From Laspinema olomoucense D3c (GTDB lineage: Bacteria; Cyanobacteriota; Cyanobacteriia; Cyanobacteriales; Laspinemataceae), in assembly GCF_025370725.1 (NCBI RefSeq), contig NZ_JAMXEZ010000006.1: a stretch of DNA of 64,000 nucleotides; one strand, 5' to 3'. The position numbers and the translations under genes were made by a program. The notes under the pieces are model-generated. The model had not been told where the DNA came from and searched no databases. It worked only from the letters and a program-made list of their open reading frames with translations. Below are positions 1 to 9,599 of this stretch, in pieces (the first letter of the stretch is position 1; each line of letters opens with the position of its first letter).

Positions 1-581
1 CGGCGTTCGCTATCCATGACATAGAGGTAATAAATAATTTCCGCCACTGGCGACAGGGTGCGAATCCGTTCCAGGGTTTGGCTGACGCTCATATTTTCCC
101 GGACGGAAATATATTCCGGGGTCATGATTCTCCCGGCAGTTCCCGATTCATAGCCCATTAGCAGGGCGGTGGACTGCCATTCCGTGGGAGACAGTTGTGC
201 CCGCAAGCGGCGCACGACTTTCGAGGGCAATTCATCCAGCAGTCGGGCGCGATCGTCCGGGGACATATTGCCAATGATATCTAGGACGTCCTGGCGCTTG
301 AAGTCTTCTAAAAGCACCTGTTGGACGCTGGTATCGAGATGTTCATAAACTTCCGTTGCTTCCTGTTTGGATAGCAAGCGAAAGGCGATCGCCTGCATCG
401 CTTCAGGCATTCCTTCGATCGCTTCGGCGATATCCACAGGTTGAACCGGGACTAAAATTGCTTTAGCCCCCTGGAGGTCCCCTTGTCTGAGCAGGGCTTC
501 CAGTTGCGATCGCACTAAGTCAGGTATTTCTCTCCGCGACAGGGTCCCGAGGGGAGAGGATATCGGTTGAGGTTCAGTCAC
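1..581 (-). CDS. mgtE: Mg2+ transporter MgtE, second paralog (N-terminal part only; gene continues beyond window start). Putative GTG start at complement 579..581.
   Basis: Reverse-strand translation of 1..581 gives ...LVRSQLEALLRQGDLQGAKAILVPVQPVDIAEAIEGMPEAMQAIAFRLLSKQEATEVYEHLD...MTPEYISVRENMSVSQ... It is collinear with and about 65% identical to the N-domain/CBS region of the complete mgtE at 697..2100. Nucleotide similarity between 1..560 and 1560..2100 is visible by eye. Confidence 0.7.
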   Translation of the reverse strand, partial: MTEPQPISSPLGTLSRREIPDLVRSQLEALLRQGDLQGAKAILVPVQPVDIAEAIEGMPEAMQAIAFRLLSKQEATEVYEHLDTSVQQVLLEDFKRQDVLDIIGNMSPDDRARLLDELPSKVVRRLRAQLSPTEWQSTALLMGYESGTAGRIMTPEYISVRENMSVSQTLERIRTLSPVAEIIYYLYVMDSER

Positions 582-696
582 GTTAAACTCCCTGGATCCA
601 GTCCGATCCCTATTCTATACAATTTAAGGGGACGCGAACTCGTCACCCCAGGCGAAACAGGGCGAGTCGAACGGGACCTCTCCAGTGGGTTCCCAG

Positions 697-2100
697 TCAC
701 TCCGCACCTCCCAAAAGCTGCTGTGCCACCGTTAAATAAATTAACACCCCCAGGACATCCACTGCTGTGGTAATAAAGGGCGCTGACATTAAGGTTGGCT
801 CAAATCCTAGGCGATCAAATAAAAACGGGAGGGCTGACCCGGCGAAGGAGGCGAGGAAGGTAATCGCCAGCAAACTCACTCCCACGGAAATAGCAACCAG
901 GAGATTTCCCGCTAGGAAATAGGCCCAAATGGTGACAATAAGCGACAGCATGATTCCTAACAGTGACCCGGCTGCCGTCTCCCGTCCAATCGTTCTCCAG
1001 ACTTTTCCTTCCCCAATTGCATTGATATTTAATCCGCGAATCACCACGGTGGAGGACTGTGCACCCACATTCCCCCCGGTATCAATTAATAAGGGAATAA
1101 AAGCCGCCAGTGTGACTACTTGTTCCAGAATATCTTCTCGGGCGCGAATCACGGCTGAGGTTGCTGTATTTGTAATTAATAAAATCAACAACCAAACCAC
1201 ACGCTTTCGCGCCACGGTGAATATATTGGTTTGAAAATAGTTTTCTTTGCCGCTTGCCACCCCACCGAGGGCATAAATATCTTTTGTGGTTTCGGCTTCC
1301 ACCACATCCATGACATCATCCACGGTGATAATGCCCACGAGACGGTGTTCGCTATCGACAACGGGCAAGGCTAGAAAATCATAGCGTTGAATTAATCGCG
1401 CTACTTCCTTGCGATCGGTTTCCGTGGAAACAAAGACGGGTTCTCGCCGGGTAATTTCTGATAGAAGTTGTTCCGGGTCCGAGACGACTAAATCCCGCAG
1501 GGAAATCGTGCCCATTAAGTGCCGAGAGGCATCGGTAACGTAAAGATAATAAATGATTTCACTGACATGGGCTAACTTTCTAATTCGGTCTAGGGCTTGG
1601 GCTACGGTGATATTTTCTTTGACCGCGATATACTGCGGGGTCATCATTCTCCCGGCGCTGTCTGGGGGATAGCCTAACAGCAAGGAGGTGGTTTGACGTT
1701 CCTGGGGACTGAGTTGTTCAAGGATGCGCTTGACGACTTTGGCGGGTAATTCATCAAACAACCGGGCGCGATCATCTGGGGACATTTTACCGACAATATC
1801 TAAAACATCCTGGCGTTTAAATTCTTCGATTAAGGCATATTGAATACTAGAGTCCAGATATTCATAGACTTCGATCGCCTCTTCTTTTGACAACAAGCGA
1901 AAGGCGATCGCTTGCATGGTTTCGGGTAATCCTTCAATCGCTTCGGCGATATCTGGCGGTTGCACCGGAACTAGCAAGGCTTTAGCACCTTTGAGGTTAT
2001 TTTGTTCGAGTAATGCCTGCAATTGCGATCGCACCAGTTCCCGCAATTCTTCTCGGCTTGTCCGCTGGACGGACGGCAATTCGGTATTATTATCATTCAT
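697..2100 (-). CDS. mgtE: Magnesium transporter MgtE. The true start is probably the internal Met at 2100 (MNDNNTELP...) rather than the ORF-track start at 2307.
   Basis: N-terminal MgtE_N domain, tandem CBS domains (MTPQYIAVKEN...VVDSEHRLVGIITVDDVMDV) and a C-terminal 5-TM MgtE domain (GGNVGAQSSTVVIRGL...). Alignment with Thermus MgtE starts near residue 70 of the long ORF. Confidence 0.85.
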   Translation of the reverse strand: MNDNNTELPSVQRTSREELRELVRSQLQALLEQNNLKGAKALLVPVQPPDIAEAIEGLPETMQAIAFRLLSKEEAIEVYEYLDSSIQYALIEEFKRQDVLDIVGKMSPDDRARLFDELPAKVVKRILEQLSPQERQTTSLLLGYPPDSAGRMMTPQYIAVKENITVAQALDRIRKLAHVSEIIYYLYVTDASRHLMGTISLRDLVVSDPEQLLSEITRREPVFVSTETDRKEVARLIQRYDFLALPVVDSEHRLVGIITVDDVMDVVEAETTKDIYALGGVASGKENYFQTNIFTVARKRVVWLLILLITNTATSAVIRAREDILEQVVTLAAFIPLLIDTGGNVGAQSSTVVIRGLNINAIGEGKVWRTIGRETAAGSLLGIMLSLIVTIWAYFLAGNLLVAISVGVSLLAITFLASFAGSALPFLFDRLGFEPTLMSAPFITTAVDVLGVLIYLTVAQQLLGGAE

Positions 2101-2841
2101 AAGCCACTCTCTAATCGGTTCTCTATTTCCGAGTGTGGTTGGGGGGTGTTTTCCCCAAGCGATCGGGTCTAATGCAGCGGAAATCGTGCAACAAAATCTC
2201 GGGTTTGTTGCGATCGCTGTTGCAGAATTCCCATTCATGATAGTCCCAAGCGCATCTAGTCTGCGATTGACCAATGGTTTGATTTCCATTGGCGATCGCG
2301 ACCCCAAATACTAACCGAAATCAGTAACAAGGACTTTAAATTTGCATCCGGAATTGGGTTAAGCTACCTGTTGGTTAGCCTAACCTTCACCCTTCGTTTA
2401 AATCTTTAAGCGATCGGTAATTCATGATTCATCTCCATTCCTAACATGACCGCCCTCTTACCCGGGGGTCACGAGATGAACCAGAAAACTCGCAGGTGGA
2501 GTCACACTAGGTCATTTCACTGACTAGACCGCCCGGTTGTGGAGAAACGGTCGAGGTTCATCTAAAGGCTCGTCAGCCATTGAGTCTGCCTGAGTAATCG
2601 TTGCAATACAACTACTACCAGAGCTTTCCACTTGAGTATTCCTTACTTGTTTAAGTTGCATTTAAGACCGGGAAGTTCAGAGAGTTCTGAAAGCCCTTTT
2701 TTTTTATACCACTCTTCAGAAAACAGGTCAAGCTTTTTTGGCTTTTTTTTACGGACCAGCTTTTCCCTTGTTTCCATTGGGTCAGCAGTTGGGTAGAGAT
2801 TGCCCCTACTTCTGACCCTTTGCTGAATTCTAAAACCCCCT

Positions 2842-2876
2842 ACAAAAACCCCTTACTTCTCCCTTGAAAAGGGGTA
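2842..2876 (-). terminator. Candidate intrinsic terminator for the antiporter gene ending at 2912 (minus strand)
   Basis: Minus-strand hairpin ACCCCTT...AAGGGGT (plus coordinates 2848-2854 / 2869-2875) followed by a U-run (plus-strand A5 at 2844-2848), about 40 nt downstream of the stop. Confidence 0.4.
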
Positions 2877-2911
2877 AATTCCCGAAAAAAATTGCTCTAA
2901 CTGTGATGATT

Positions 2912-4543
2912 TTACTCGCCGATATCTGAGTTTGATACCACCAAAACTGGAAGGCGGCCCCCCCGTAAAACCCCTTTTAAAACCGACTCTACTGCCACCC
3001 CTTCTCCCTCAGAATTAGGGGATTTCTCCACTACAATGGCGGTAACCGGATGAGCTTGCGACCAAGCCAGAATTGTTTCTACCACTGCACCTTTTTGGGT
3101 AACAAACTGATGACGAATATCCGCTAAAACTTCCTGAATTATCTCCTGAATTGCTTGAATTTCTCCTAAATTTTCTTCGGGGAACACATACAAAACAATC
3201 GCCTCTCCATGACTACGGCGAGCTAAATCTGCTGTTTGTTTCAAAACTGCCATAGCCCGAGGGGAACTCTCCACCACTGCCAAAAATAGAGTCCGACCCT
3301 CAACCGTCACTTTTGTTGGATCTACTGCTCCTTTTTTAAGCAATTTTGGAGCAAAAGTCGGAATTGCCCAAGCCCCCAAAGGAGCGGTCACTAAAATTGC
3401 CCAGGCGGCAACGGCTAAAATAATTTCACCCCCTTCAATGCCGTAGGCTAAAGGTAATGCACCCAAGGCCGCTTGTACTGTTGCTTTTGCTGAATTTCCG
3501 GGCAAGAGGAACAGTTTTTCTTGCCAAGTCCAATTACTTCCTACGGTGGAAAGTGTCCACCCCAGGGTTCTCCCGATTAATAAACCCACGGCTAAAATAG
3601 TCAACCCCGGTAAGAACATTTCTCCCAAAACTTGTAATTGAATACTGGCTCCCATTAACACAAATAAAACAATTTCTGCCACAATCCACAGGGTATTAAA
3701 TCCATTGCGGAGTCGGCGGGCTAGGGGTGCATCCAGTTTGATTAAAAAGAATCCCATCGACATCACGGCTAAATAACCAGAAAAGTAAGGAAATTCGCGA
3801 GCAGCAATCACGGTAAAGGCGGCTAAGACTGAGGTAATTAAAACATCGTGGACGGGATTTTTACTCCAGCTTTGCCGTTCTAGCAGGGAAACTAATAATG
3901 CGGCAGCTAAATAACCGGCAAGGGTTCCTAAAACTACCTGCATAATCGCTTGCAGGGGAAGTAAAACCAGTGGATGTAAGGCCAGACCCAAGAGGCGAAT
4001 TTCCGGCGTGGTTTCGCCTTGTTGTAGGAAATTTAACAGTAAACTGAAGAGTAGTAAGAGTACAACATCGGAAAGGGCAGACCCGGTTAAAATGGCATCG
4101 GGAATGCCTTTTTTGACGCCCCAACCCAATTGTTTGAGACGCAACATTCCCGGGACAATGACGGCGGGAGATTCGGGGGAAATAATGCAACCGAGGAGCA
4201 ACCCGGTTAAGAGGTCAAATTGGAAGAGAAACATAGAAGCAATGGCGATCGCCCCGGTTTCCAGGATAGCGGGTAAAATGCCCAATCGCAGGGCCACGCT
4301 TCCCTGTTGCGCCAGCTTATCGCGATCGAGTCCGAGTCCGGCTTTCATCAGGATAATCATCACCGCCAGGGTCCTTAAATCATCGGCAGCGGCGAGAATT
4401 CCCGGTTCTAGGCGATTTCCCACTTCCGGACCGAGGATGATTCCGACCAAAATCATGCCAATGAGCGGGGGTGCACCGAGGCGACGGGCGAATTGACCCG
4501 CAAAAAAGCCCATCCCTAAGATCCAAATGGTACTGATTAACAT
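2912..4543 (-). CDS. Na+/H+ (cation:proton) antiporter of the CPA1/NhaS type with a C-terminal universal-stress-protein (UspA) domain
   Basis: 543 aa: about 12 TM helices with Na_H_Exchanger-like motifs (GPEVGNRLEP, GIPDAILTGSALSDVV), then a soluble about 140-aa tail (TLFLAVVESSP...AIVLYVFPEE...VTAIVVEKSP...LPVLVVSNS) typical of Usp/adenine-nucleotide alpha-hydrolase. Confidence 0.8.
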   Translation of the reverse strand: MLISTIWILGMGFFAGQFARRLGAPPLIGMILVGIILGPEVGNRLEPGILAAADDLRTLAVMIILMKAGLGLDRDKLAQQGSVALRLGILPAILETGAIAIASMFLFQFDLLTGLLLGCIISPESPAVIVPGMLRLKQLGWGVKKGIPDAILTGSALSDVVLLLLFSLLLNFLQQGETTPEIRLLGLALHPLVLLPLQAIMQVVLGTLAGYLAAALLVSLLERQSWSKNPVHDVLITSVLAAFTVIAAREFPYFSGYLAVMSMGFFLIKLDAPLARRLRNGFNTLWIVAEIVLFVLMGASIQLQVLGEMFLPGLTILAVGLLIGRTLGWTLSTVGSNWTWQEKLFLLPGNSAKATVQAALGALPLAYGIEGGEIILAVAAWAILVTAPLGAWAIPTFAPKLLKKGAVDPTKVTVEGRTLFLAVVESSPRAMAVLKQTADLARRSHGEAIVLYVFPEENLGEIQAIQEIIQEVLADIRHQFVTQKGAVVETILAWSQAHPVTAIVVEKSPNSEGEGVAVESVLKGVLRGGRLPVLVVSNSDIGE

Positions 4544-4895
4544 GGCTCATGCTCCTGAACAGGTGTAGAGTGGCTGATCCAGGAGTGGATTGAGCACGCG
4601 CCCTACCTCCCGGCATTCAGCCCGGACAGGTAGGAGCCATCAGCCCTTCAGCCCCCCATCGGGATCGCTGAATCGGCGGTTATGGCGAGCTCCATCGCCT
4701 TCAATCTTAAATCAGCACTTAATATAGCATGAATTTCTGTAAGAATCCATAGATTGACTCATTTTTTTATGGGACAGAATCACTCAAAAATCATCCCCCT
4801 GCTGCCAGAATATCTTTCTGGAGGTAGAATCCACGGGAGGATTAAGTTTTGTAAAATTCAGAGCATAACGAGGGAATTTTACAGGAGTTTTTTTC

Positions 4896-6593
4896 ATGTC
4901 CCAGTACGATGTGATTATAATTGGAGCCGGTCATAATGGCTTAGTGTGTGCTGCGTACCTTTTAAAGGCGGGTAAAAGTGTTTTACTTTTAGAAAAACGC
5001 TCAGTTCCCGGGGGTGCAGCAACCACGGAAGAATCTTTACCCGAAGAAGCACCGGGGTTTAAATTTAACCTCTGTGCGATTGACCATGAATTTATCCATC
5101 TGGGGCCAGTGGTGGAAGAATTAGAACTCGAAAAATACGGATTAGAGTATCTGTATTGCGATCCGGTCGTCTTTTGTCCGCAACCGGATGGGAAATACTT
5201 CCTCGGACATAAATCCGTAGACAAAACCTGTAGTGAGATTGCCCGCTATAGTGAGCGCGACGCCCAGAAATATGGAGAATTTGTCCACTATTGGCAGCGA
5301 GTTCTCAATGCAATAACCCCCATTTTTAACGCCCCGCCTAAATCCATTATCGATATCACCGGCAATTATAATTTTGATAAAATTAAAGACCTTCTGTCTT
5401 TACTGGGAACCCCCGATAAAATCCTAGATTTTGCCCGAACCATGCTCAGTAGTCCTCAAGATATGTTAGAGGAATGGTTTGATACAGAAGTCGTCAAAGC
5501 ACCCTTAGCTAGACTCGCCGCCGAAATGAGCATTCCTCCCTCACAAAAGGGGATGTCTGTGGGTGCAATTATGATGGCAATGCGCCATCACCCTGGTATG
5601 GCAAGACCCCGAGGAGGCACCGGCGCACTCACTCAAGCATTAGTGAATCGAGTTACCAGTCTCGGCGGTGAAATTCTGTGCGATCGCGGTGTTGAACGAA
5701 TTTTAGTGGATAATGGTCGCGCCGTCGGCGTCCGCGTGGATGGAGGACAAGAATACCGCGCCAAAGAAGGGGTTATTTCTAATATTGATGCCAAACGAGT
5801 CTTTTTGGATCTGCTTGATCCAGGAGAGGTTAACGCCGCCGACCCCAACTTACGCGATCGCGTAGATCGTCGCATTGTGAACAACAATGAAAGCATCCTC
5901 AAGCTGGATTGCGCCCTCTCAGAAGTGCCCCGATTTGAAGCCTATAATCACCAAGATGAGTATTTAATTGGCTCGGTCGTTATTGCCGATTCCGTTCATC
6001 ATGTGGAAGAAGGTCATAGTCTCTGTCAACTGGGCGTAGTTCCTGATGAAAATCCCTCCATGTATGCGGTAGTTCCCACCGTTCTTGACCCCTCAATGGC
6101 CCCGGAAGGAAAGCATACCCTCTGGGTAGAATTCTTCGCCCCTTATCAGATTCATGGTGCAGAAGGAACCGGACAAAATGGTACCGGATGGACCGATGAA
6201 CTCAAAAACAAAGTGGCCGATCGCCTGATTGATAAACTGTCCGATTATGCCCCGAATCTCAAAAATTCAATTATTGCGCGCCGGGTAGAAAGTCCAGCGG
6301 AACTGAGCGCTCGCCTCGGGTCTTACAAGGGAAATCATTACCATATTGATATGACCTTAGACCAGATGATTTTCTTCCGCCCCCTGCCCGAAATTGCCAA
6401 CTACAAAACCCCCATTGATGGGTTATTTTTAACTGGGGCTGGTACTCATCCCGGTGGCTCAATTTCGGGGATGCCCGGACGGAACTGCGCCCGGGTCTTC
6501 TTATTCCAACAGCAACCCATGAGCCAAGCCTTAAAAGATGCGACCAATTCGGTCAAATCAATGGCCAGTTCTGTGTTTAATTTGTCCAGTTAA
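4896..6593 (+). CDS. Phytoene-desaturase-family NAD(P)/FAD-dependent oxidoreductase (CrtI-like, COG1233)
   Basis: N-terminal Rossmann dinucleotide motif DVIIIGAGHNGLVCAAYLLKAGKSVLLLEKR and C-terminal FAD-contact motif GLFLTGAGTHPGGSISG. AGGAG RBS 8-12 nt upstream of the ATG at 4896. Confidence 0.75.
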   Translation: MSQYDVIIIGAGHNGLVCAAYLLKAGKSVLLLEKRSVPGGAATTEESLPEEAPGFKFNLCAIDHEFIHLGPVVEELELEKYGLEYLYCDPVVFCPQPDGKYFLGHKSVDKTCSEIARYSERDAQKYGEFVHYWQRVLNAITPIFNAPPKSIIDITGNYNFDKIKDLLSLLGTPDKILDFARTMLSSPQDMLEEWFDTEVVKAPLARLAAEMSIPPSQKGMSVGAIMMAMRHHPGMARPRGGTGALTQALVNRVTSLGGEILCDRGVERILVDNGRAVGVRVDGGQEYRAKEGVISNIDAKRVFLDLLDPGEVNAADPNLRDRVDRRIVNNNESILKLDCALSEVPRFEAYNHQDEYLIGSVVIADSVHHVEEGHSLCQLGVVPDENPSMYAVVPTVLDPSMAPEGKHTLWVEFFAPYQIHGAEGTGQNGTGWTDELKNKVADRLIDKLSDYAPNLKNSIIARRVESPAELSARLGSYKGNHYHIDMTLDQMIFFRPLPEIANYKTPIDGLFLTGAGTHPGGSISGMPGRNCARVFLFQQQPMSQALKDATNSVKSMASSVFNLSS

Positions 6594-6746
6594 TGCGGAT
6601 TAATTGTTGAGTTTAAGATTTTCTGGACGAATCTAAAGACTTAACAAATACCCGGCTTTACCCGTCTAATGTGCTGATAAAGAGCTTGACTCAATCTCCG
6701 GTATCCTCCCCAAGACGGGAGGGATATGGCATCTCATTCTTCTAAG

Positions 6747-6778
6747 AAACCATAAACCGGAAGGTTTATGGTTTTTTT
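6747..6778 (+). terminator. Rho-independent terminator
   Basis: Perfect 12-bp stem AAACCATAAACC / GGTTTATGGTTT with a 4-nt loop, followed by TTTTT (6775-6779). It lies about 150 nt downstream of the oxidoreductase stop. Confidence 0.55.
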
Positions 6779-6849
6779 AGTGAAATCCTATTTAATCCAC
6801 AAATCGAAAGCATGATTTCTGGAGTTAGGGAGATAATTATTTATCTCAA

Positions 6850-8166
6850 TTGGTGGCTGGTTACGCTAATTTTTTGTTGCTTTCATCGATTAATAAAATA
6901 GGAGCGATCGCTTTGATAGACGTTTACATTTTCAATTTGCTGGCTATCGGTTTGTTACTGCTCTCAGTAACGGTATTTTCGGGGTGGATTAAGCGATTGC
7001 CGCTTTCTTATGCCCTGATTTATTTAGTTGTTGGTATTTTCATGGGTCCTTATGGAATCCGATTAATTATGGTGCGCCCAGATGCCAATTTTCTGGAGCG
7101 ATTGAGTGAATTAGTCGTAATTATTTCCTTGTTTAGTTGTGGGCTAAAAATGAATCGCCCGCTTAAGTTGTGGGCTTGGCAGACCACAGCCCGATTAATT
7201 GGATTTTTGATGCCAATTTCTATTGTAGCGCTCGCAGTGGTCGGGCGCTTATTTTTGGGCTTGGATTGGGGGGCGGCGATTTTACTCGGGGCAATTCTTG
7301 CTCCCACCGACCCGGTTTTGGCATCAGAAGTGCAACTGTCCCATGTTGAAGATAAAGATGAACTGCGCTTTGGCTTAACCTCTGAAGGGGGTTTAAATGA
7401 TGCCTTGGCTTTTCCCTTTGTTTATTTTGGGTTATATGCATTAAAAGATAGCAATGTCAATAACTGGATTTATCAGTGGTTAGTGATTGATTTAATTTGG
7501 GCGATCGCCGCTGGTATCGGCATGGGGATTTTCGTAGCGTTGGCCATTGTTTGGATCGAAAAACAATTGAATCGCGCTCGTCCCGTAGATGAACTCATGC
7601 AAGATTTTATTGCATTGAGTACCATTTTACTGGCCTATTCCCTAACAGAAGTGATTAATGGATATGGGTTTCTCGCGGTATTTGTTGCCGGAGTAACAGT
7701 CCGCAGAAGCTACAGCCGCGATTCAGAACGAACCGAGTCTCAACTGAGATTAACGGAACGGGTGGAAAAACTCCTAGAGGTGGTAACTATCTTGTTAGTC
7801 GGTTCTCTGCTGAGAATAGAACCGAGTTTACAGTTTGCTGGCGATGCGTTAATTGTCGCGGGATTTTTGTTGTTTATCATTCGTCCCCTGGGAACTTGGA
7901 TTAGTACCATTGGCTCCAATTTTCATCGTTCAAAACGGTTATTGATGGGGTGGTTTGGAATTCGGGGTGTAGGGTCAATCTATTATCTCACTTATGCGAT
8001 GGGCAAAGGCTTAGAAGGAGAAACTGGGGAAAAAATCGCTTGGATTGTTTTTCTAACCCTCATAATTTCGGCGATTGTGCATGGAATTAGTGCGACTCCG
8101 TTGATGAATTGGTATGAGTCGAAGGTCGAGAAAAGAAAGGTCACCCTCCGGGGCGATCTCCTCTGA
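6850..8166 (+). CDS. Na+/H+ antiporter, CPA1/NhaP family. Start uncertain: TTG at 6850 per the ORF track, or a later in-frame start.
   Basis: Polytopic membrane protein with Na_H_Exchanger motifs (LAPTDPVLASEV, LTSEGGLNDALAFPF, GWFGIRGVGSIYYL). Confidence 0.75.
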   Translation: MVAGYANFLLLSSINKIGAIALIDVYIFNLLAIGLLLLSVTVFSGWIKRLPLSYALIYLVVGIFMGPYGIRLIMVRPDANFLERLSELVVIISLFSCGLKMNRPLKLWAWQTTARLIGFLMPISIVALAVVGRLFLGLDWGAAILLGAILAPTDPVLASEVQLSHVEDKDELRFGLTSEGGLNDALAFPFVYFGLYALKDSNVNNWIYQWLVIDLIWAIAAGIGMGIFVALAIVWIEKQLNRARPVDELMQDFIALSTILLAYSLTEVINGYGFLAVFVAGVTVRRSYSRDSERTESQLRLTERVEKLLEVVTILLVGSLLRIEPSLQFAGDALIVAGFLLFIIRPLGTWISTIGSNFHRSKRLLMGWFGIRGVGSIYYLTYAMGKGLEGETGEKIAWIVFLTLIISAIVHGISATPLMNWYESKVEKRKVTLRGDLL

Positions 8167-8199
8167 TCCAGCAAATCTTCCCTCCCTGGAGGATGTTCT

Positions 8200-8233
8200 A
8201 TAGCTGCCCTAAATTTAGGGCAGCTATTTTTGT
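8200..8233 (+). terminator. Rho-independent terminator of the antiporter gene
   Basis: Perfect inverted repeat ATAGCTGCCCTAAA / TTTAGGGCAGCTAT (8200-8227) immediately followed by TTTTTGT, 34 nt after the stop at 8166. Confidence 0.7.
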
Positions 8234-8460
8234 AAAAACGTGATATTGAAGCAATCAATCCCCTACTCGAAGGCAAATTTAGGGCACAATTACTCAAGGG
8301 TTGGGCGAGGGAGACGCTTGATCCCCTGGTGTTCGGGAACTTTGGCCCAAATCCAGTCCAGAACCCCTTCTGTACTCAGTCCCTGGCGATCCTTCTTCGT
8401 ATAGATGCCAGATTTGTAGAAAAATGTTGCAATAAAGGTATTGTTACGGATTAAAGACCC

Positions 8461-9567
8461 ATGACCCAACGAGTTTTGATTATTGGCGGACGGGGACGGA
8501 TCGGCAGCAGCATTGCCCAAGATTTGCTCGCCCATACCGATGCAAAAATTACGGTAACGGGACGGGACACGACACCGGGAAAATCGGTGGATGAGACCCT
8601 GGGCGATCGCGTGCAGTTTCGGGCGGTACATTTAGACGATCGCGCCGAGTTGGAACAGGCGATCGCCGAAAGCGATCTCGTCATCCATAGTGCTGGACCC
8701 TTCCATCACCGCGATGCCCGAGTCCTCCAACTCTGCATCGATCGTGGCGTCAACTATACCGATGTTAGCGATAGTCGAGGATTCACCCGTAGGGCGCTGG
8801 CATTGCAAGACTCCGCAGAAAAAGCAGGCGTAACCGCCATTATTAATACCGGCATTTTTCCCGGAATTTCTAATAGTATGGTTCGCCAAGGAGTCGAACA
8901 ACTTCAAGAAGCCGATCGCATCCATTTAAGCTATGTTGTCGGTGGGTCAGGAGGTGCGGGAGTCACGGTCATGCGCACCACCTTTTTAGGCTTACAAAAC
9001 CCCTTTGATGCGTGGATTGATGGGGAATGGAAGCAGGTGAAACCCTATACCGATCGCGAAACCATCGAATTTCCTCCACCCTACGGCAAGGTCGGAGTTT
9101 ACTGGTTTGATATGCCTGAAGCCTTCACCTTACCCGACTCCTTCCCGGTCAAAACTGCTATTACCAAATTTGGCACTTCCCCAGATTTGTACAACCATTT
9201 AACCTGGATGGTGGCTAATTTATGGCCTTCCGCCGCCCTGAAAAATTCTGCCGTAGTGGAGTTTTTATCCCAAGTTAGCTACCGCATGACGGGAGTTACC
9301 GACAAATTTAGCGGGACCGGAGTGGCAGTGCGATCGGAAGTTAACGGACGAAACGCCGAGGGAAAACCCGCCACCTTTTGTAGTGCAGTAGTTCATAACA
9401 GCGCCGCTGTTGCCACCGGAATCGGCACCGGGACGATCGCCGAACTGATGCTGAAAGGAAAACTCACCAAACCTGGGGTATGGCCCGTAGAACAAGCCTT
9501 ATCCACTCCGTTGTTTGAATCAATTATGACAACTCGGGGAATCGAGATAGCTCATCATTGGTTGTAA
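8461..9567 (+). CDS. Saccharopine dehydrogenase NADP-binding-domain protein (saccharopine-dehydrogenase-like oxidoreductase)
   Basis: N-terminal Rossmann VLIIGGRGRIGSSIAQDL and a Sacchrp_dh-like fold. The gene is 33 nt upstream of an aldehyde dehydrogenase. Confidence 0.65.
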   Translation: MTQRVLIIGGRGRIGSSIAQDLLAHTDAKITVTGRDTTPGKSVDETLGDRVQFRAVHLDDRAELEQAIAESDLVIHSAGPFHHRDARVLQLCIDRGVNYTDVSDSRGFTRRALALQDSAEKAGVTAIINTGIFPGISNSMVRQGVEQLQEADRIHLSYVVGGSGGAGVTVMRTTFLGLQNPFDAWIDGEWKQVKPYTDRETIEFPPPYGKVGVYWFDMPEAFTLPDSFPVKTAITKFGTSPDLYNHLTWMVANLWPSAALKNSAVVEFLSQVSYRMTGVTDKFSGTGVAVRSEVNGRNAEGKPATFCSAVVHNSAAVATGIGTGTIAELMLKGKLTKPGVWPVEQALSTPLFESIMTTRGIEIAHHWL

Positions 9568-9599
9568 GCTGTCCCTATCTATCTTAGCCCGGATTAACC

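Noticed and set aside
2101-2307. N-terminal 69-aa extension of mgtE suggested by the ORF track (start at 2307)
   Set aside because: The alignment with MgtE and with the partial paralog begins at the internal Met at 2100. The extension is Cys/Trp-rich and unconserved.
8290-8631. 113-aa antisense ORF overlapping the start of the saccharopine-DH-like gene
   Set aside because: It overlaps a well-supported CDS and the terminator region. No motif. Typical spurious frame.
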